Below, piece after piece: positions 32,587 through 43,012 of a DNA stretch of 64,000 bases. The DNA is from a virus. Every line of letters begins with the position of its first letter. The stretch's first letter is position 1. The position numbers and the translations under genes are program-made. A model generated the notes under the pieces. It searched no databases and was not told where the DNA came from. It worked only from the letters and a program-made list of their open reading frames with translations. The stretch lies in IMG/VR virus record IMGVR_UViG_3300025815_000010, positions 1-64,000 of that record; one strand, 5' to 3'.

Positions 32587-35268
32587 TTAACCCTTGATTA
32601 ATTTTTGCCAGCGATTGTAGATAGATTCATCCAACTCTCCACGAGCTTGTGCTGCCGCGAACTCTCTTTCAAATTCATCAGGCTCTGTGTTTCTGTCGTA
32701 AAATCCACTTTCAATCTTTTCCATTTCTATTTTAATCTCTTCAGCAGTCATTTTTATTTCTTCGTTCTGCTGGATACTAACGTCTTCACCTTGTGCGATT
32801 ACATCTTTTAACAATGCTAACATTGTAATCGTTTTCCCAATCAAACTAATCGCTCTTTTTCTATTGCCTAGAGGGCCTTTGGCAAACGTCATCTTACCGA
32901 AATCAGCGATATCTCCCGGCAAGAACTCATCCACTTTACTAAAATCGTAAGTAACAGTCTTAGTCGGCCCTTTCTTGGCCTTGAGACGCTTCTCGATGTT
33001 TCTTAAATCCTGAACTGCTTGTTCAATCGCAGGTGCTGCAGACGTCATAGCAACTACACTGCCACCTGTAGCGGCAGCAGGTGATGCCGCCTGGCCTATT
33101 GAGAGGCTACTTGACTGCGTGGCGCTCGGGAGAGTACCAGTAAATTCTTTCTTTGAGCGCTTAATTAATTCAATTGCTTCTGATGGCCCGAATTGACGTT
33201 TAAGCTCGGCGGCAGTTGCTTGATACCACTTTTGGAAAGCACTATAGGAACTGTCTTTTGGCAATACAGCTTCTTTCAAATTATCTCCAGTGGTCGCCGC
33301 AATCCACACTCTAGCCATTTCAGCATGTTTTGGACTCACTGAAGCAAACTTACGCCAGTCAGCAGGAATACCGGAAAGATCAACTGCTGAACTTGACTGT
33401 TGTGATGGCTTGGATACTTGAGTTGGCATCTTCTGCCTTAGTTGGGTATACATCGGACTGACAGCATTCTTGAAGCCACCTTCAGCCGGTGGTTCAACCA
33501 CTAAAGGCTCTGCTAGTAAGCCGAGAATCTTATCATTTCGTTGTAATTCTTCATAAGATTTTGGTGGAGCAGCAAATACATCGCTCATAGTTTTAAAGAT
33601 CCTACTTGCTACTTGTATCCTATCCTGATCCGTGCTTCCCCAGCTGTTCCATGAACCATTGCTTTGCAAATATTGTAAAATACTGTCTGCACTAGATAGG
33701 TTTGCTGATGCCTGCTCAGCCAGAACAGTTTTAACTTCTTGGATAACCATTTCCTCTAATTGCTTGCTTGTGAGTTTCATCTTCTTTGATCTCCTTTGTT
33801 GTCTTTCAATTCTTTTAGCTAACCTGACCTGTAAATTATTTTTTGCTCTCTCGATCCTGGCTTTAAGCTTTTCACTGTTTTTTGCTTTTGGCAATAAACT
33901 TTCTAATCTTTCAATCTTCTTTACTAAAGCTGGAAATGGCAACGAATTGTCCGAGCCACGCTCAGTTTGCTGTCCAAATTGTTTTGGGTTTATTGGCAAT
34001 AACTCACCAGATTCTGCATTATTTAATTCCTGTTCGACTGAACGTTCAATTAACTCTTCCATAGTTTCTTTGTCAACTCGACCAGTCGCTTCTAGGCGAT
34101 TTCTTTTTTGAAAATCAATTACTGCTTTTTCTGTTCTAGGGCCAAAATACCCATCTATTCCAATTCTGATACCTGCTGTTTGTAGCAGCCCTTGTAGAAC
34201 CCTAACTATTCCTTCTCCTTGCGCACCAGAAGGCAAGGATCTATCAAATTTTTTCAAGACTCCTTTATTATTTAGGATATCTTCTTGTGTGAGGTTAGTC
34301 ACTTGATATGTTGGTCTAACATTTGTACTGACCGCTGTCTGAGCCTGTTTTCGTGCTTCCTCTGGAGTGTCCCCACCTTTCTCAACCTCGGCAGCTACTT
34401 GTTTCTCTGTTTCGGCAACTCCACTTAATACAATTTTATTAGCGTTAACAGCAGAAGATACCACTCTATCAACAAGCTTTAAAAGTGCTGTTTCTGCCGC
34501 ATCCTCACTCTTAATACGAAAACGATCTTCTGTGCCACGATCTCTAGCATACTGCCATTCAGAAGCGATCATCTTCTTAACCAAACTGGTCAATGAATCC
34601 TTCATAAATGCTTGTTTTATTGGAGTCGGGCTAATTGGACTGTTTGCTACTGTTATCTCATTAGCTTGCTCAATAAACGCCTGCCTTCGACCAATCGCTT
34701 CCGTGCTTGGGTTATTGGGAGTATAATCTATGGTTGCTGTCGGAGCGTAATCAGCGCCGGACATGACCCTATCTAGACCCAAAGAGGGAACCCAATATTC
34801 CTTAAACCTGCTATAAAAATCTGTTGCGTTAAAGATGTAGCTACAGCATTCTGCTAAGAAGTTTGCATACTCTTGTGAGTATGCAACCATTGAGTCACTA
34901 AGTGGCTCAGAAGCATCATCTGGTATTAACTTAAGTATTTTTTCTGTGTCGGGGTTTGAGCTACTTTGCTGCACCCAGGCTTGGAAAATATTAGCTAAAT
35001 ATGCAGAGGTTGGGGCACCGACGAGAGCAGTTTGTCTTAGGCTAAACTGCCCTCCTGACGTAAACATTGCTTTGCCAAGACTTTTAAGTACCGGCCCTAA
35101 AACTTTAGTGCCAAGGAAACTAAGTGCTGAGCCTGCCATCGGTGCTGCTGCTCTAAGACCTAAAGCTCCGAAACCCACTTCATCCAACTGCCGCTGCTCT
35201 TTCATAGCAGACTTAGCTTCTTCAATAATAATTTGATTTATTTCAAATTCGGTCAACTTATGTGCCAT
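32587..35268 (-). CDS. large multi-module protein with a central peptidoglycan-binding domain; putative internal head protein
   Basis: Start moved to ATG 35268 (GGAG SD). PGBD VRVLQGLL......IDGYFGPRTEKAVIDFQKRNRLEATGRVDKET at about 34051-34220; two KLT..E...I.EE/QE helices. Confidence 0.65.
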   Translation of the reverse strand: MAHKLTEFEINQIIIEEAKSAMKEQRQLDEVGFGALGLRAAAPMAGSALSFLGTKVLGPVLKSLGKAMFTSGGQFSLRQTALVGAPTSAYLANIFQAWVQQSSSNPDTEKILKLIPDDASEPLSDSMVAYSQEYANFLAECCSYIFNATDFYSRFKEYWVPSLGLDRVMSGADYAPTATIDYTPNNPSTEAIGRRQAFIEQANEITVANSPISPTPIKQAFMKDSLTSLVKKMIASEWQYARDRGTEDRFRIKSEDAAETALLKLVDRVVSSAVNANKIVLSGVAETEKQVAAEVEKGGDTPEEARKQAQTAVSTNVRPTYQVTNLTQEDILNNKGVLKKFDRSLPSGAQGEGIVRVLQGLLQTAGIRIGIDGYFGPRTEKAVIDFQKRNRLEATGRVDKETMEELIERSVEQELNNAESGELLPINPKQFGQQTERGSDNSLPFPALVKKIERLESLLPKAKNSEKLKARIERAKNNLQVRLAKRIERQQRRSKKMKLTSKQLEEMVIQEVKTVLAEQASANLSSADSILQYLQSNGSWNSWGSTDQDRIQVASRIFKTMSDVFAAPPKSYEELQRNDKILGLLAEPLVVEPPAEGGFKNAVSPMYTQLRQKMPTQVSKPSQQSSSAVDLSGIPADWRKFASVSPKHAEMARVWIAATTGDNLKEAVLPKDSSYSAFQKWYQATAAELKRQFGPSEAIELIKRSKKEFTGTLPSATQSSSLSIGQAASPAAATGGSVVAMTSAAPAIEQAVQDLRNIEKRLKAKKGPTKTVTYDFSKVDEFLPGDIADFGKMTFAKGPLGNRKRAISLIGKTITMLALLKDVIAQGEDVSIQQNEEIKMTAEEIKIEMEKIESGFYDRNTEPDEFEREFAAAQARGELDESIYNRWQKLIKG

Positions 35269-35797
35269 TCTTTGCGTCTCCAATTAGCTTGATAGCTGCT
35301 CTTGCTATGATTAAACTGTCTGCTCTATCATAAGATACTGGCTTGGGGTTCCCTCTGCTAGTATATTCTATAGTGAAAGACTCTTCATTCTTCAATAAAT
35401 AGTCCAAAACAACATCTTTTGCCTTTTGGCCTCTGGAAACTTTAATGCCACTTAACTTTCTCGCTTGGGCTGGAGATATATGAACTGGTCTATATCCAAA
35501 CGTGTCATGACACAGCCAAGAAACAATACCATTAAAGGCTTGAAGTTTCGCCATTGTCTTGGCTGTTGAGCCACCTGATTTAAAGAAAACAAAAGGTTCC
35601 TCAATATAGACATGTTTTATATTGTAGTAAAGATTTATTTCCTTAAGTTTTTCTTTAATAAACGATCCTTTATTATAGAGATCTGAAAATAAACGTTTGT
35701 TTCTTAAGTCCCATGCTTCACAAATTATTATTTTTGCTTCCTCGTCTAGAATCGTATATCCTGTAACTGAGGTGCTTATATCTAATCCCAATATCAT
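35258..35797 (-). CDS. RuvC-like Holliday junction resolvase
   Basis: ILGLDISTSVTGY, VYIEEP, L..FNG.V, K..V, DRADSL.IA; ATGA-coupled to the upstream structural gene. Confidence 0.85.
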   Translation of the reverse strand: MILGLDISTSVTGYTILDEEAKIIICEAWDLRNKRLFSDLYNKGSFIKEKLKEINLYYNIKHVYIEEPFVFFKSGGSTAKTMAKLQAFNGIVSWLCHDTFGYRPVHISPAQARKLSGIKVSRGQKAKDVVLDYLLKNEESFTIEYTSRGNPKPVSYDRADSLIIARAAIKLIGDAKNGT

Positions 35798-37209
35798 ATA
35801 TCTAACTTAACTTTAAATGTAAATTCCCTGTCTTCTGTTTTCTTAACAGGTTTTGCAACAGTTGTCACGCCAATTAAGTTTTTATCTTTGTCATATATTC
35901 CAATTTTTGATACATAGGTTTCCTTAGCGAAGCTACCAGTTGGTGTATCGTAGGAAGAACTTACAATATTTACTGTGTCTAGTTCTGGCTCTGAATACAA
36001 AACAGAGCTTGTTATACTTGAATAATAATCTGTGGCTGTACTACGACTTAAGAAAGTTGGGTTATTTGAGTAGTTTAACTCGCCCTTTGGAGCATGAGCA
36101 AGCATAGTCATAACAGGGACTTGATTTGATCCAGAGAACTGCATAGAATAGCTTGCAGAAGCTCTAGTATCTGCACTGTGCCCGTCGTTTGGTATACCAT
36201 CATTCGCCCCTACACCAAAGTAAAGCCATGAAGAAGTTACTGCTGTCCCAGTGTTTTTATAGTTTAATTCTGCATCAGCTGATGGGCCAGTAGTTTGCAA
36301 ATTCCAACTTCCTGTTAAAATGACAAAGCCCTGCTTGTATAGAGCTATACCAGCTACACTACCAGACCCTGTGCTGCCTTCAGGCCCTACTTGTATAAGT
36401 TCGCCATTTCTATTTTCATCTTTAAGTTGTCCGATAAGAGTACCAGTTAGATAATACTTTATATCTAATGTTCCTCTCTCAATTCCACCTCCGTAAAATA
36501 TACTTGGAATACTTATAAGGTTAACGGGCACTTCATCTAAATCTCTAGAGTATCCATCCGAGAACGAAGCAGAATACCTAAAATGTGGACTCATGAAAGA
36601 ACTGGCATTTATTGTATTTTTCAAGCTGTTTATATGAGAAGAGGAAAGTAAAGTTTTAAGTCTCTCATATCTCTGTAGGCTGTTCCTTGCGACTGTTGAT
36701 AAGCTTGTTACAACATTATTCGTGTCGTATGCAGGAAGCCCACTGTCCGTTGTGTCGCCATCTTCAAGTTTAAGTGGTATACCTAAGTGCTCCACCCTCT
36801 CGTCATTGATGACTGTTTCGTTATTCGTCCTCATTGTTGAAAAATGATTATCGTCAAAAAACTCTCTGACTATTGAAGACGATAGAGGGTAAGCTGAACC
36901 ACTGATAGTAGACCCGTACTCAAGTGAATAAAAATCAGTTGTGGAAACCGTCTTAAATGTTGTAAGAGAACTATCTTTTGTGATAAAAGCGTAGATAAGA
37001 CCCGTATCACTCTCGGTCCTATCTACGTTCATTTCATATAAGCTGATGTGTCCCGATGGAACACCAGGGACACTAGAAGCAAATTCTCCTGCTAACTCAC
37101 CCCTATTGTTGTAGAATACTTGTGAATTGTAGATATCAAACTTGCAAGAAGGATTTGTTTCAAGAAAGTTTACAAATAAATCGTTATTTGTAAATTTGTA
37201 ATAAGACAT
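35794..37209 (-). CDS. virion structural protein (baseplate/fibre-attachment family)
   Basis: 471 aa; C-terminal NYSNNPTF...YVSKIGIYD...LIGV...KPVKK.EDREFTFKVKLDI, paralogous to the next gene. Confidence 0.55.
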   Translation of the reverse strand: MSYYKFTNNDLFVNFLETNPSCKFDIYNSQVFYNNRGELAGEFASSVPGVPSGHISLYEMNVDRTESDTGLIYAFITKDSSLTTFKTVSTTDFYSLEYGSTISGSAYPLSSSIVREFFDDNHFSTMRTNNETVINDERVEHLGIPLKLEDGDTTDSGLPAYDTNNVVTSLSTVARNSLQRYERLKTLLSSSHINSLKNTINASSFMSPHFRYSASFSDGYSRDLDEVPVNLISIPSIFYGGGIERGTLDIKYYLTGTLIGQLKDENRNGELIQVGPEGSTGSGSVAGIALYKQGFVILTGSWNLQTTGPSADAELNYKNTGTAVTSSWLYFGVGANDGIPNDGHSADTRASASYSMQFSGSNQVPVMTMLAHAPKGELNYSNNPTFLSRSTATDYYSSITSSVLYSEPELDTVNIVSSSYDTPTGSFAKETYVSKIGIYDKDKNLIGVTTVAKPVKKTEDREFTFKVKLDI

Positions 37210-37217
37210 AAGTCCCC

Positions 37218-38378
37218 CTAGTAATCTAAGCGGACTCTTAGTGTTAACTCATTCGATGGGTCTTTCTTGATTGGCTCTGACAACTTAGCAACAGCCATTA
37301 GCTCATTGTCCGCAGAATAGAGTCCGACTGTCGTAATGTATGAATGTGGGTCTGACGCAACAGAACCATCTTTAATAACAATCTCACTTGGGCCACCAGC
37401 CGAAGTGGATAGATATGTTGGGTTAGCGCTGTAATTGAATTCAGAGTTGTTGACACGACAGAAGTAAATTGTTGAATTTAGCTCTGTGGTGTTATTGAAT
37501 TGGAGGTTGTACACTCTATTCCTAAGCTCGTCTGCCATAACTTGGATGGTAGAAGCAGTAACAGCGTTGAAACCTGTTGTGCCTCCAGTAGACACAATTT
37601 GCAAAGTGCCCGGTGCCGTGTTGGACAGGATGCCTCCATCGGCAGCGTCGTTAAATACAGAGCCAGAGACAACAGCGACACCTGCTTGATAAAATATAAG
37701 TCCACAAGCTGGATTTGTTGTAGCATCGCCAAGAGTTTCCCCTTGGATATTAGCTGCCGAATCAATTGCTGAAGAAGAAGCAAAGAGGACGCCGTACTCT
37801 CCAGCCGGTGAGTTTACAAAATATCCGTCCGACCCCGATGTATCAGTTAGCTTAATTCTCTTATCAAAAGCTGTTCCGTCCTGGGATCTGGAGCCCGATA
37901 CACCCAACTCAAGCTCAAAAGTCCCTTTCTTAATTTCGTCCTTTGTAAGAAGTCTTGAGAAGTTAACAAAGTAACACTCCTTGAGCTTTGTGCCGCCAGC
38001 GATGATATCACCGTCTTCATCGAAAAGACGAACAGAACCAGTCTCGTCGTAGCCCATAAGAACCTGCGCCATCTGATTGTAGATATTGATCTTCTTTGAA
38101 GTCTGTGATGTTGTTGAGGAACTAAGAGCACTTGAGTCAGCTATGCCCGCAGTGATATCAAAGATATGGTTTGCAGAAGAACTTAGATAAGGATAATCGT
38201 AGACACTCTCAAACATTCCATGTGAGTACGTCTTGATATGGGTCTCAGACCCTAATGCGACCGAATCGCCACCGTAAGTACCAGACACAATGCTTCCAGT
38301 AATTGGAATGGACTCATGCAGTAGAGTTCTCGTAGATGTTGAATCGCCAGAGGCTAGAGACTTATAAGTTGATGCCAT
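37218..38378 (-). CDS. virion structural protein (baseplate/fibre-attachment family)
   Basis: 386 aa; C-terminal FNYSANPTY...YITTVGLY...ELMAVAKLSEPIKKD..NELTLRVRLDY. Confidence 0.55.
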   Translation of the reverse strand: MASTYKSLASGDSTSTRTLLHESIPITGSIVSGTYGGDSVALGSETHIKTYSHGMFESVYDYPYLSSSANHIFDITAGIADSSALSSSTTSQTSKKINIYNQMAQVLMGYDETGSVRLFDEDGDIIAGGTKLKECYFVNFSRLLTKDEIKKGTFELELGVSGSRSQDGTAFDKRIKLTDTSGSDGYFVNSPAGEYGVLFASSSAIDSAANIQGETLGDATTNPACGLIFYQAGVAVVSGSVFNDAADGGILSNTAPGTLQIVSTGGTTGFNAVTASTIQVMADELRNRVYNLQFNNTTELNSTIYFCRVNNSEFNYSANPTYLSTSAGGPSEIVIKDGSVASDPHSYITTVGLYSADNELMAVAKLSEPIKKDPSNELTLRVRLDY

Positions 38379-38393
38379 AATTACCTTCCTTTA

Positions 38394-39284
38394 TCAAACC
38401 TTGATGTATCTTACTGGAATATCGATGCTGTAGCCCGTTGAAACTCCAGTGACCTTCACTGTTGAATCAATGTGCTTAACGCTTGTTGACCCAACAGTAG
38501 AGGTGCCACCAAGCCTAGTAAATAGGGTGTCGCTACCATTAATGTCGAGAGTAGCACTAATTCTAAACTCGACTCTAGTACCCCTACGGCCATTGATCGA
38601 TGAGCCGTCTGCTGTCAAATCATTGATTAGGGACACTGTTGAGCCAGCGCCGCCTTGAGAAATAAAATATGTTGCGACATTATCCTCGTCAACGAAGCTA
38701 GCTGGGATAGATGCGCCAGAACGGCTGACTAGCGTACCGAATCTGTTATCCATCTTAATCTCGTATTGGGTCTCTAGTAGATCGCCTGTGAGTGCTGCAA
38801 CTGCTAGATTTCCATTTGCATCTACACCTTGATCAATACGAATTGTTGTGGAGTTTGTTGAATTACTGTTCTCGCCGTAGATTACTCCGTCTCTCGTGGA
38901 GATATCGGAGCTTGTTTCGGTTGATTGATTAACAGCAACTAAGAAGGCATTCGTTGTCGAATCTCTTGTTGTGCCCTTCGTCTCAAAAAGCTCCAGAATA
39001 GGTAGATAGAGGAAATCATTCCGGCTCAGAGTAACAAGCTTATGATGCAGCTGGGAGCCTGGGCTGGTGAAGGCTTCAAGAACTGGCGTCTGTAGGATCT
39101 CTAGATCATAATAAGCAGAACCGCTTGTATGAGCCGGATCATATAGTCTATAATTAATCTCATCATCGCCGAGGGCAAACTTTGAAATATTGAAAGTTCC
39201 GTCTCCTCTAGCTAATCTACGTCTTCCTGCATCGGTAAGGACAGCATCTAGAATGATGTCGCCACTGTTATCCAAAAAAGCCAT
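38394..39284 (-). CDS. virion structural protein
   Basis: 296 aa; N-terminal MAFLDNSGDIILDAVLTDAGRRRLARG..FNISKFALGDDEINY. Confidence 0.55.
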   Translation of the reverse strand: MAFLDNSGDIILDAVLTDAGRRRLARGDGTFNISKFALGDDEINYRLYDPAHTSGSAYYDLEILQTPVLEAFTSPGSQLHHKLVTLSRNDFLYLPILELFETKGTTRDSTTNAFLVAVNQSTETSSDISTRDGVIYGENSNSTNSTTIRIDQGVDANGNLAVAALTGDLLETQYEIKMDNRFGTLVSRSGASIPASFVDEDNVATYFISQGGAGSTVSLINDLTADGSSINGRRGTRVEFRISATLDINGSDTLFTRLGGTSTVGSTSVKHIDSTVKVTGVSTGYSIDIPVRYIKV

Positions 39285-39304
39285 TTTCGTTCCTCTCTAA
39301 AATT

Positions 39305-39312
39305 TAAATAGT
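39305..39312 (-). promoter_or_regulatory. candidate late promoter motif ACTATTTA
   Basis: 20 nt upstream of ATG 39284. Confidence 0.6.
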
Positions 39313-39334
39313 TCGCTATATGAATAGTTTCTAT

Positions 39335-42300
39335 TTATGAAGTTGGTTTTCTCAAATCTTCTTTGTTAAATGTTAGATTAAAGTCTATCTTTTTTCCTGT
39401 CTTTTTTGAGGTAAGACGTATCTTAAATGTCTTATCCCATATTCTATCTTCTTCCTCTATATAGTCTGCCCCCAACTGAACGTCGGGGATATCACTTGGG
39501 TCGGTAAAGTCAGTATTGGATGAAACATCTGCCGTAACCTGATCTAGTGTTGGTATGATTTCCATAAACTTCATTAGATCAACGGAAGATACTTCATTAT
39601 TAATGTAAGGAAACTCATGAGGTTTAACGAGAAGATAAACAGCGCCGCCATCGTCTACTAGCTCAACTTCATAAACAATTGTTGGATTAGAGAAGTTTCC
39701 GTGGTAGTCAACAGACCTAAATGTATACCAGTATTTAACATTTGGCTGTAGCTTCTCTTGGTGTGCTATAGACGTTGCTCTAACAATCTTATTGTTTGCT
39801 GGTATCCTTGTTGACACCGTGTTACGTAGTTTTCCTGCGAAGTCGGAGTAACTTGTAGGCGGGCTGTCTGTTCTGAATATCTGGAAGAAAGAAGTCGCAT
39901 CATCTTGTGAAAATTCGATTGCTTCTCCAGCGGATTTGCCTTGAGCCTCCACATGCCTATTAAACAGTTGCGCTTCTCCCTCTTCAATTGGTATCGGAAC
40001 CTGCTCGACCGTTATGTTTGTAGATGCAAAACTAAACAACAATGTATCGTTAATTGCCCTATAGGGCGTAATTGTGACCTCTGGTGGAGGTGGAGGCTTT
40101 GAAAGAACAGAGGTTGTTGTAGTCATATACGGAACCTCTACAATCTCAACTACTGGTGTCATAACAATTTCATACTCTGCCTCGTAACCGTTCAGTTCTA
40201 CAGTGCTTGCACCGGCTCCAGGCTCGACCTTTTCAATAGAGCTTCCATAATATATAATATTATCATTTCCAGCTGCTTCTTGATCCATGAGGTTATCCGG
40301 CGAATAGGATGATAGTTGCTCGAAACCAGTAATAGGAGTCCCGTAAATGCTGTATGAATTTACGCCAGCCCAATCAGGTGTCAAAAGGGGGCCATAGTTA
40401 TTAACAAGGAAGACATGATGAGATGGAGGAAAACCTTGAACAGCGCCAAAAATGACAAGAGGATTATCACTACTCGTAGGCGCTCTAAATCTAAATATTT
40501 TATTATCAAATGCACCAAACCATAACTTTAGCCAATCTCTAACAGTAAAGTCTGATGGGTCTAGCGTTGGTAGCGAGATGGGGTTTCCTGTAAGACGCGC
40601 AGCCAATAAAAACGCGGAGGCGACTGAGGAATCCACAGGCGTGTCGGAAGTAACTCTATAATCATCCGACCAAGGAATATTACCAAACAGTTCTCTCCAT
40701 GAAGGTACACCACCATTAGCTGGCGAATGGTCTCCAAGAAAGGTATTCACCACGAGCGGCTGACCGGTGGCAGGCTTCAAGTTCCATGAAGTTTCCAATA
40801 TTTCATTTAGTCTTCCAATTGATAGAAAATATGCGTTCTCAGAACTAAACCCTGGAGCATCTTCAACCGAGTCTCCTAGGGTGTAGTTGTACGTTGGATC
40901 GTACAGATTTGCGTATACCGCCCAAGCAGGGTCACTAGTTAATGGTATCTCTGCTATGGCTTTTTCCCAATCTTCAAATAGATTAGCAAATCCTGCCCAT
41001 TTAACGATGTATCCAATAATGATTCCGTCCGCATCTAAAACAGTTTCAACAATTGATGCTTTTGGCTCGCCACCATCGGATTGCTCATACTTGTACTTTA
41101 AACCAAATACATACTTAAAAGCGCTAACCTTATAAGTGTATTCCTGCCCGTACTTCACTTGGGAATCAACATAATTGATTTTTGATGCTGGGGATCCAAT
41201 CCCTTGTGCCGGAATCCATATGTCTTGAATTGGATCTACGTTTGTATTTCTACCAACATATTTTGCAACCCTGTACATAACAGTTTCATTGTGTGCTGTT
41301 TTGCCATCTTCAAAAGATTCCTTATACAATCTACCAAAATAGTTTCCACCCTCTGTCGTGTTGAAAGAAAGATTAGCTTGGCTTGAAAGGCCCTCTGGTC
41401 CTCCCGCTCCATACTCACTAGGTGAAAGTATGCCAGGCTCGTAGGAAAGCTGTGTGGTTTGTAATATTGAATTATCTATCAAGACCGCTTCAAGAAAGTT
41501 TGGCCCGTCTACAGTTGGGTCTTCTTTAAGGGCTAGAGCCAATCTCGTTTGCCCAGAAGAGAGCACAGAAGAATTAAAATCGACAAAAAGCTTTTTCGTA
41601 TCATCAAAAGTATCTTGAGGGCTATCCTTTGGAACACCATTTGCTGAATCTCTGTGATAGGTTATGGCAGCATTAAATGAATTAAAACTACCATTCTCAA
41701 AACCAGTTGAAGAAAGTAAGTAATTGTGCAAAGGCGGAGAAACAGATAACCTCTCTTGTTGTGCGTTTGCAGAGTCAAAGAATGTTTTCTCTTCAAAAGC
41801 ATACCGAGGATCACCATTTGTCGCAATCGCTGGGTCTACATAATCTTTGTCGTATACTCCAGCTATGTGTGAACCAAAAGAAGCATATAAAAGATTGGTT
41901 GCCAATTCGCCCGCAATTGGCCTTACTAGCCGTCCGTCTAATGTAACAAATTCTGGATAAGTCTCCGTTTGAAAATATACAGAGTTGTAAAATGGAATCT
42001 TATTTTCTGTTGGGAATATATCTATAATTTCTGGGCTGCTTAATAAAACAGATGTCTGAAAAGAGAAAATAATATTCTTTGCTTTTGTTTCAAGAGAACT
42101 TTGTTCTTCGGACTCCAAATCAATATAGATTTCTGGCCACTGCTTATAATAATTTGTATATTTAATGTCTAATGTTTTGTCCAGATCTGAAAGTAAAAAC
42201 TCTTCCAAGCTCAGGCCAGATGTATCAAATTCATCTTGCAGATATGAATCAGAAAACAATCCTTGTTTTATGATAACATCTTCTTCAATTCCGCCATAAA

Positions 42301-43012
42301 GTAAGGTATGATCTTTCATATCTTGGTACACTTCGTATGTTCCAAGCCCCGCCGACCCGATTGAAATACTAGGTAAATAAGTTGGTGTAGTAAACTGAGG
42401 GCTTCCAGACGCATCTTCGAAGGTAGCCTCATCGCCAAGCCTTTCGATTAAAGAAATATTATAATAGTTTGGAAGTATTTCTTCCCTAACATTAGTTATC
42501 GAACCCTCATATTCTTCAATTAAATAATTATATGATGAAGAAGATTCATTATCCGAGCCAAGCTCAGGCATCTCGTATTGAAAAGTTCTATCATAAAAGC
42601 GTCCATCACCATCTGTGGGGTTTTGAAAAATGTATTCAATATCTGATTTAAAGACATTAATTGATGAATAATTAATGCTATCACCAGTCACCTTTAGTTT
42701 TAACTTTGCAATTCCAGTGGAAGCATCCCTAGATAAACCCATAAACAATTCTGGATTTTGAGGAACAGTCTCCGTGCTTTCTTTTCTCTTAACGACTACA
42801 GATCTAGCTGATTCTCCGGGGCTTCTCGGTGGTAAATTTAATTCTGTAGGATCTGCATAACGGACTCCAGGCGAAGTAGGGTCAAAAGTTAATCTCTTTG
42901 CTTCGGGATTCCAATTCCCGTCGATAAGATAGTGTTGGCCCATCAATAATCTAAAGTTATCCCTAATCGTAGTTGGGTAAACATCTGGGCTGATGTATTT
43001 TTTAGTAGCCAC
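39335..43012 (-). CDS. large hypothetical virion protein with fibronectin-III-like segments
   Basis: 1225 aa; YVDSQVKYGQEYTYKVSA and LQPNVKYWYTFRSVDYHGNFSNP are FN3-like strands. Confidence 0.55.
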   Translation of the reverse strand: MATKKYISPDVYPTTIRDNFRLLMGQHYLIDGNWNPEAKRLTFDPTSPGVRYADPTELNLPPRSPGESARSVVVKRKESTETVPQNPELFMGLSRDASTGIAKLKLKVTGDSINYSSINVFKSDIEYIFQNPTDGDGRFYDRTFQYEMPELGSDNESSSSYNYLIEEYEGSITNVREEILPNYYNISLIERLGDEATFEDASGSPQFTTPTYLPSISIGSAGLGTYEVYQDMKDHTLLYGGIEEDVIIKQGLFSDSYLQDEFDTSGLSLEEFLLSDLDKTLDIKYTNYYKQWPEIYIDLESEEQSSLETKAKNIIFSFQTSVLLSSPEIIDIFPTENKIPFYNSVYFQTETYPEFVTLDGRLVRPIAGELATNLLYASFGSHIAGVYDKDYVDPAIATNGDPRYAFEEKTFFDSANAQQERLSVSPPLHNYLLSSTGFENGSFNSFNAAITYHRDSANGVPKDSPQDTFDDTKKLFVDFNSSVLSSGQTRLALALKEDPTVDGPNFLEAVLIDNSILQTTQLSYEPGILSPSEYGAGGPEGLSSQANLSFNTTEGGNYFGRLYKESFEDGKTAHNETVMYRVAKYVGRNTNVDPIQDIWIPAQGIGSPASKINYVDSQVKYGQEYTYKVSAFKYVFGLKYKYEQSDGGEPKASIVETVLDADGIIIGYIVKWAGFANLFEDWEKAIAEIPLTSDPAWAVYANLYDPTYNYTLGDSVEDAPGFSSENAYFLSIGRLNEILETSWNLKPATGQPLVVNTFLGDHSPANGGVPSWRELFGNIPWSDDYRVTSDTPVDSSVASAFLLAARLTGNPISLPTLDPSDFTVRDWLKLWFGAFDNKIFRFRAPTSSDNPLVIFGAVQGFPPSHHVFLVNNYGPLLTPDWAGVNSYSIYGTPITGFEQLSSYSPDNLMDQEAAGNDNIIYYGSSIEKVEPGAGASTVELNGYEAEYEIVMTPVVEIVEVPYMTTTTSVLSKPPPPPEVTITPYRAINDTLLFSFASTNITVEQVPIPIEEGEAQLFNRHVEAQGKSAGEAIEFSQDDATSFFQIFRTDSPPTSYSDFAGKLRNTVSTRIPANNKIVRATSIAHQEKLQPNVKYWYTFRSVDYHGNFSNPTIVYEVELVDDGGAVYLLVKPHEFPYINNEVSSVDLMKFMEIIPTLDQVTADVSSNTDFTDPSDIPDVQLGADYIEEEDRIWDKTFKIRLTSKKTGKKIDFNLTFNKEDLRKPTS

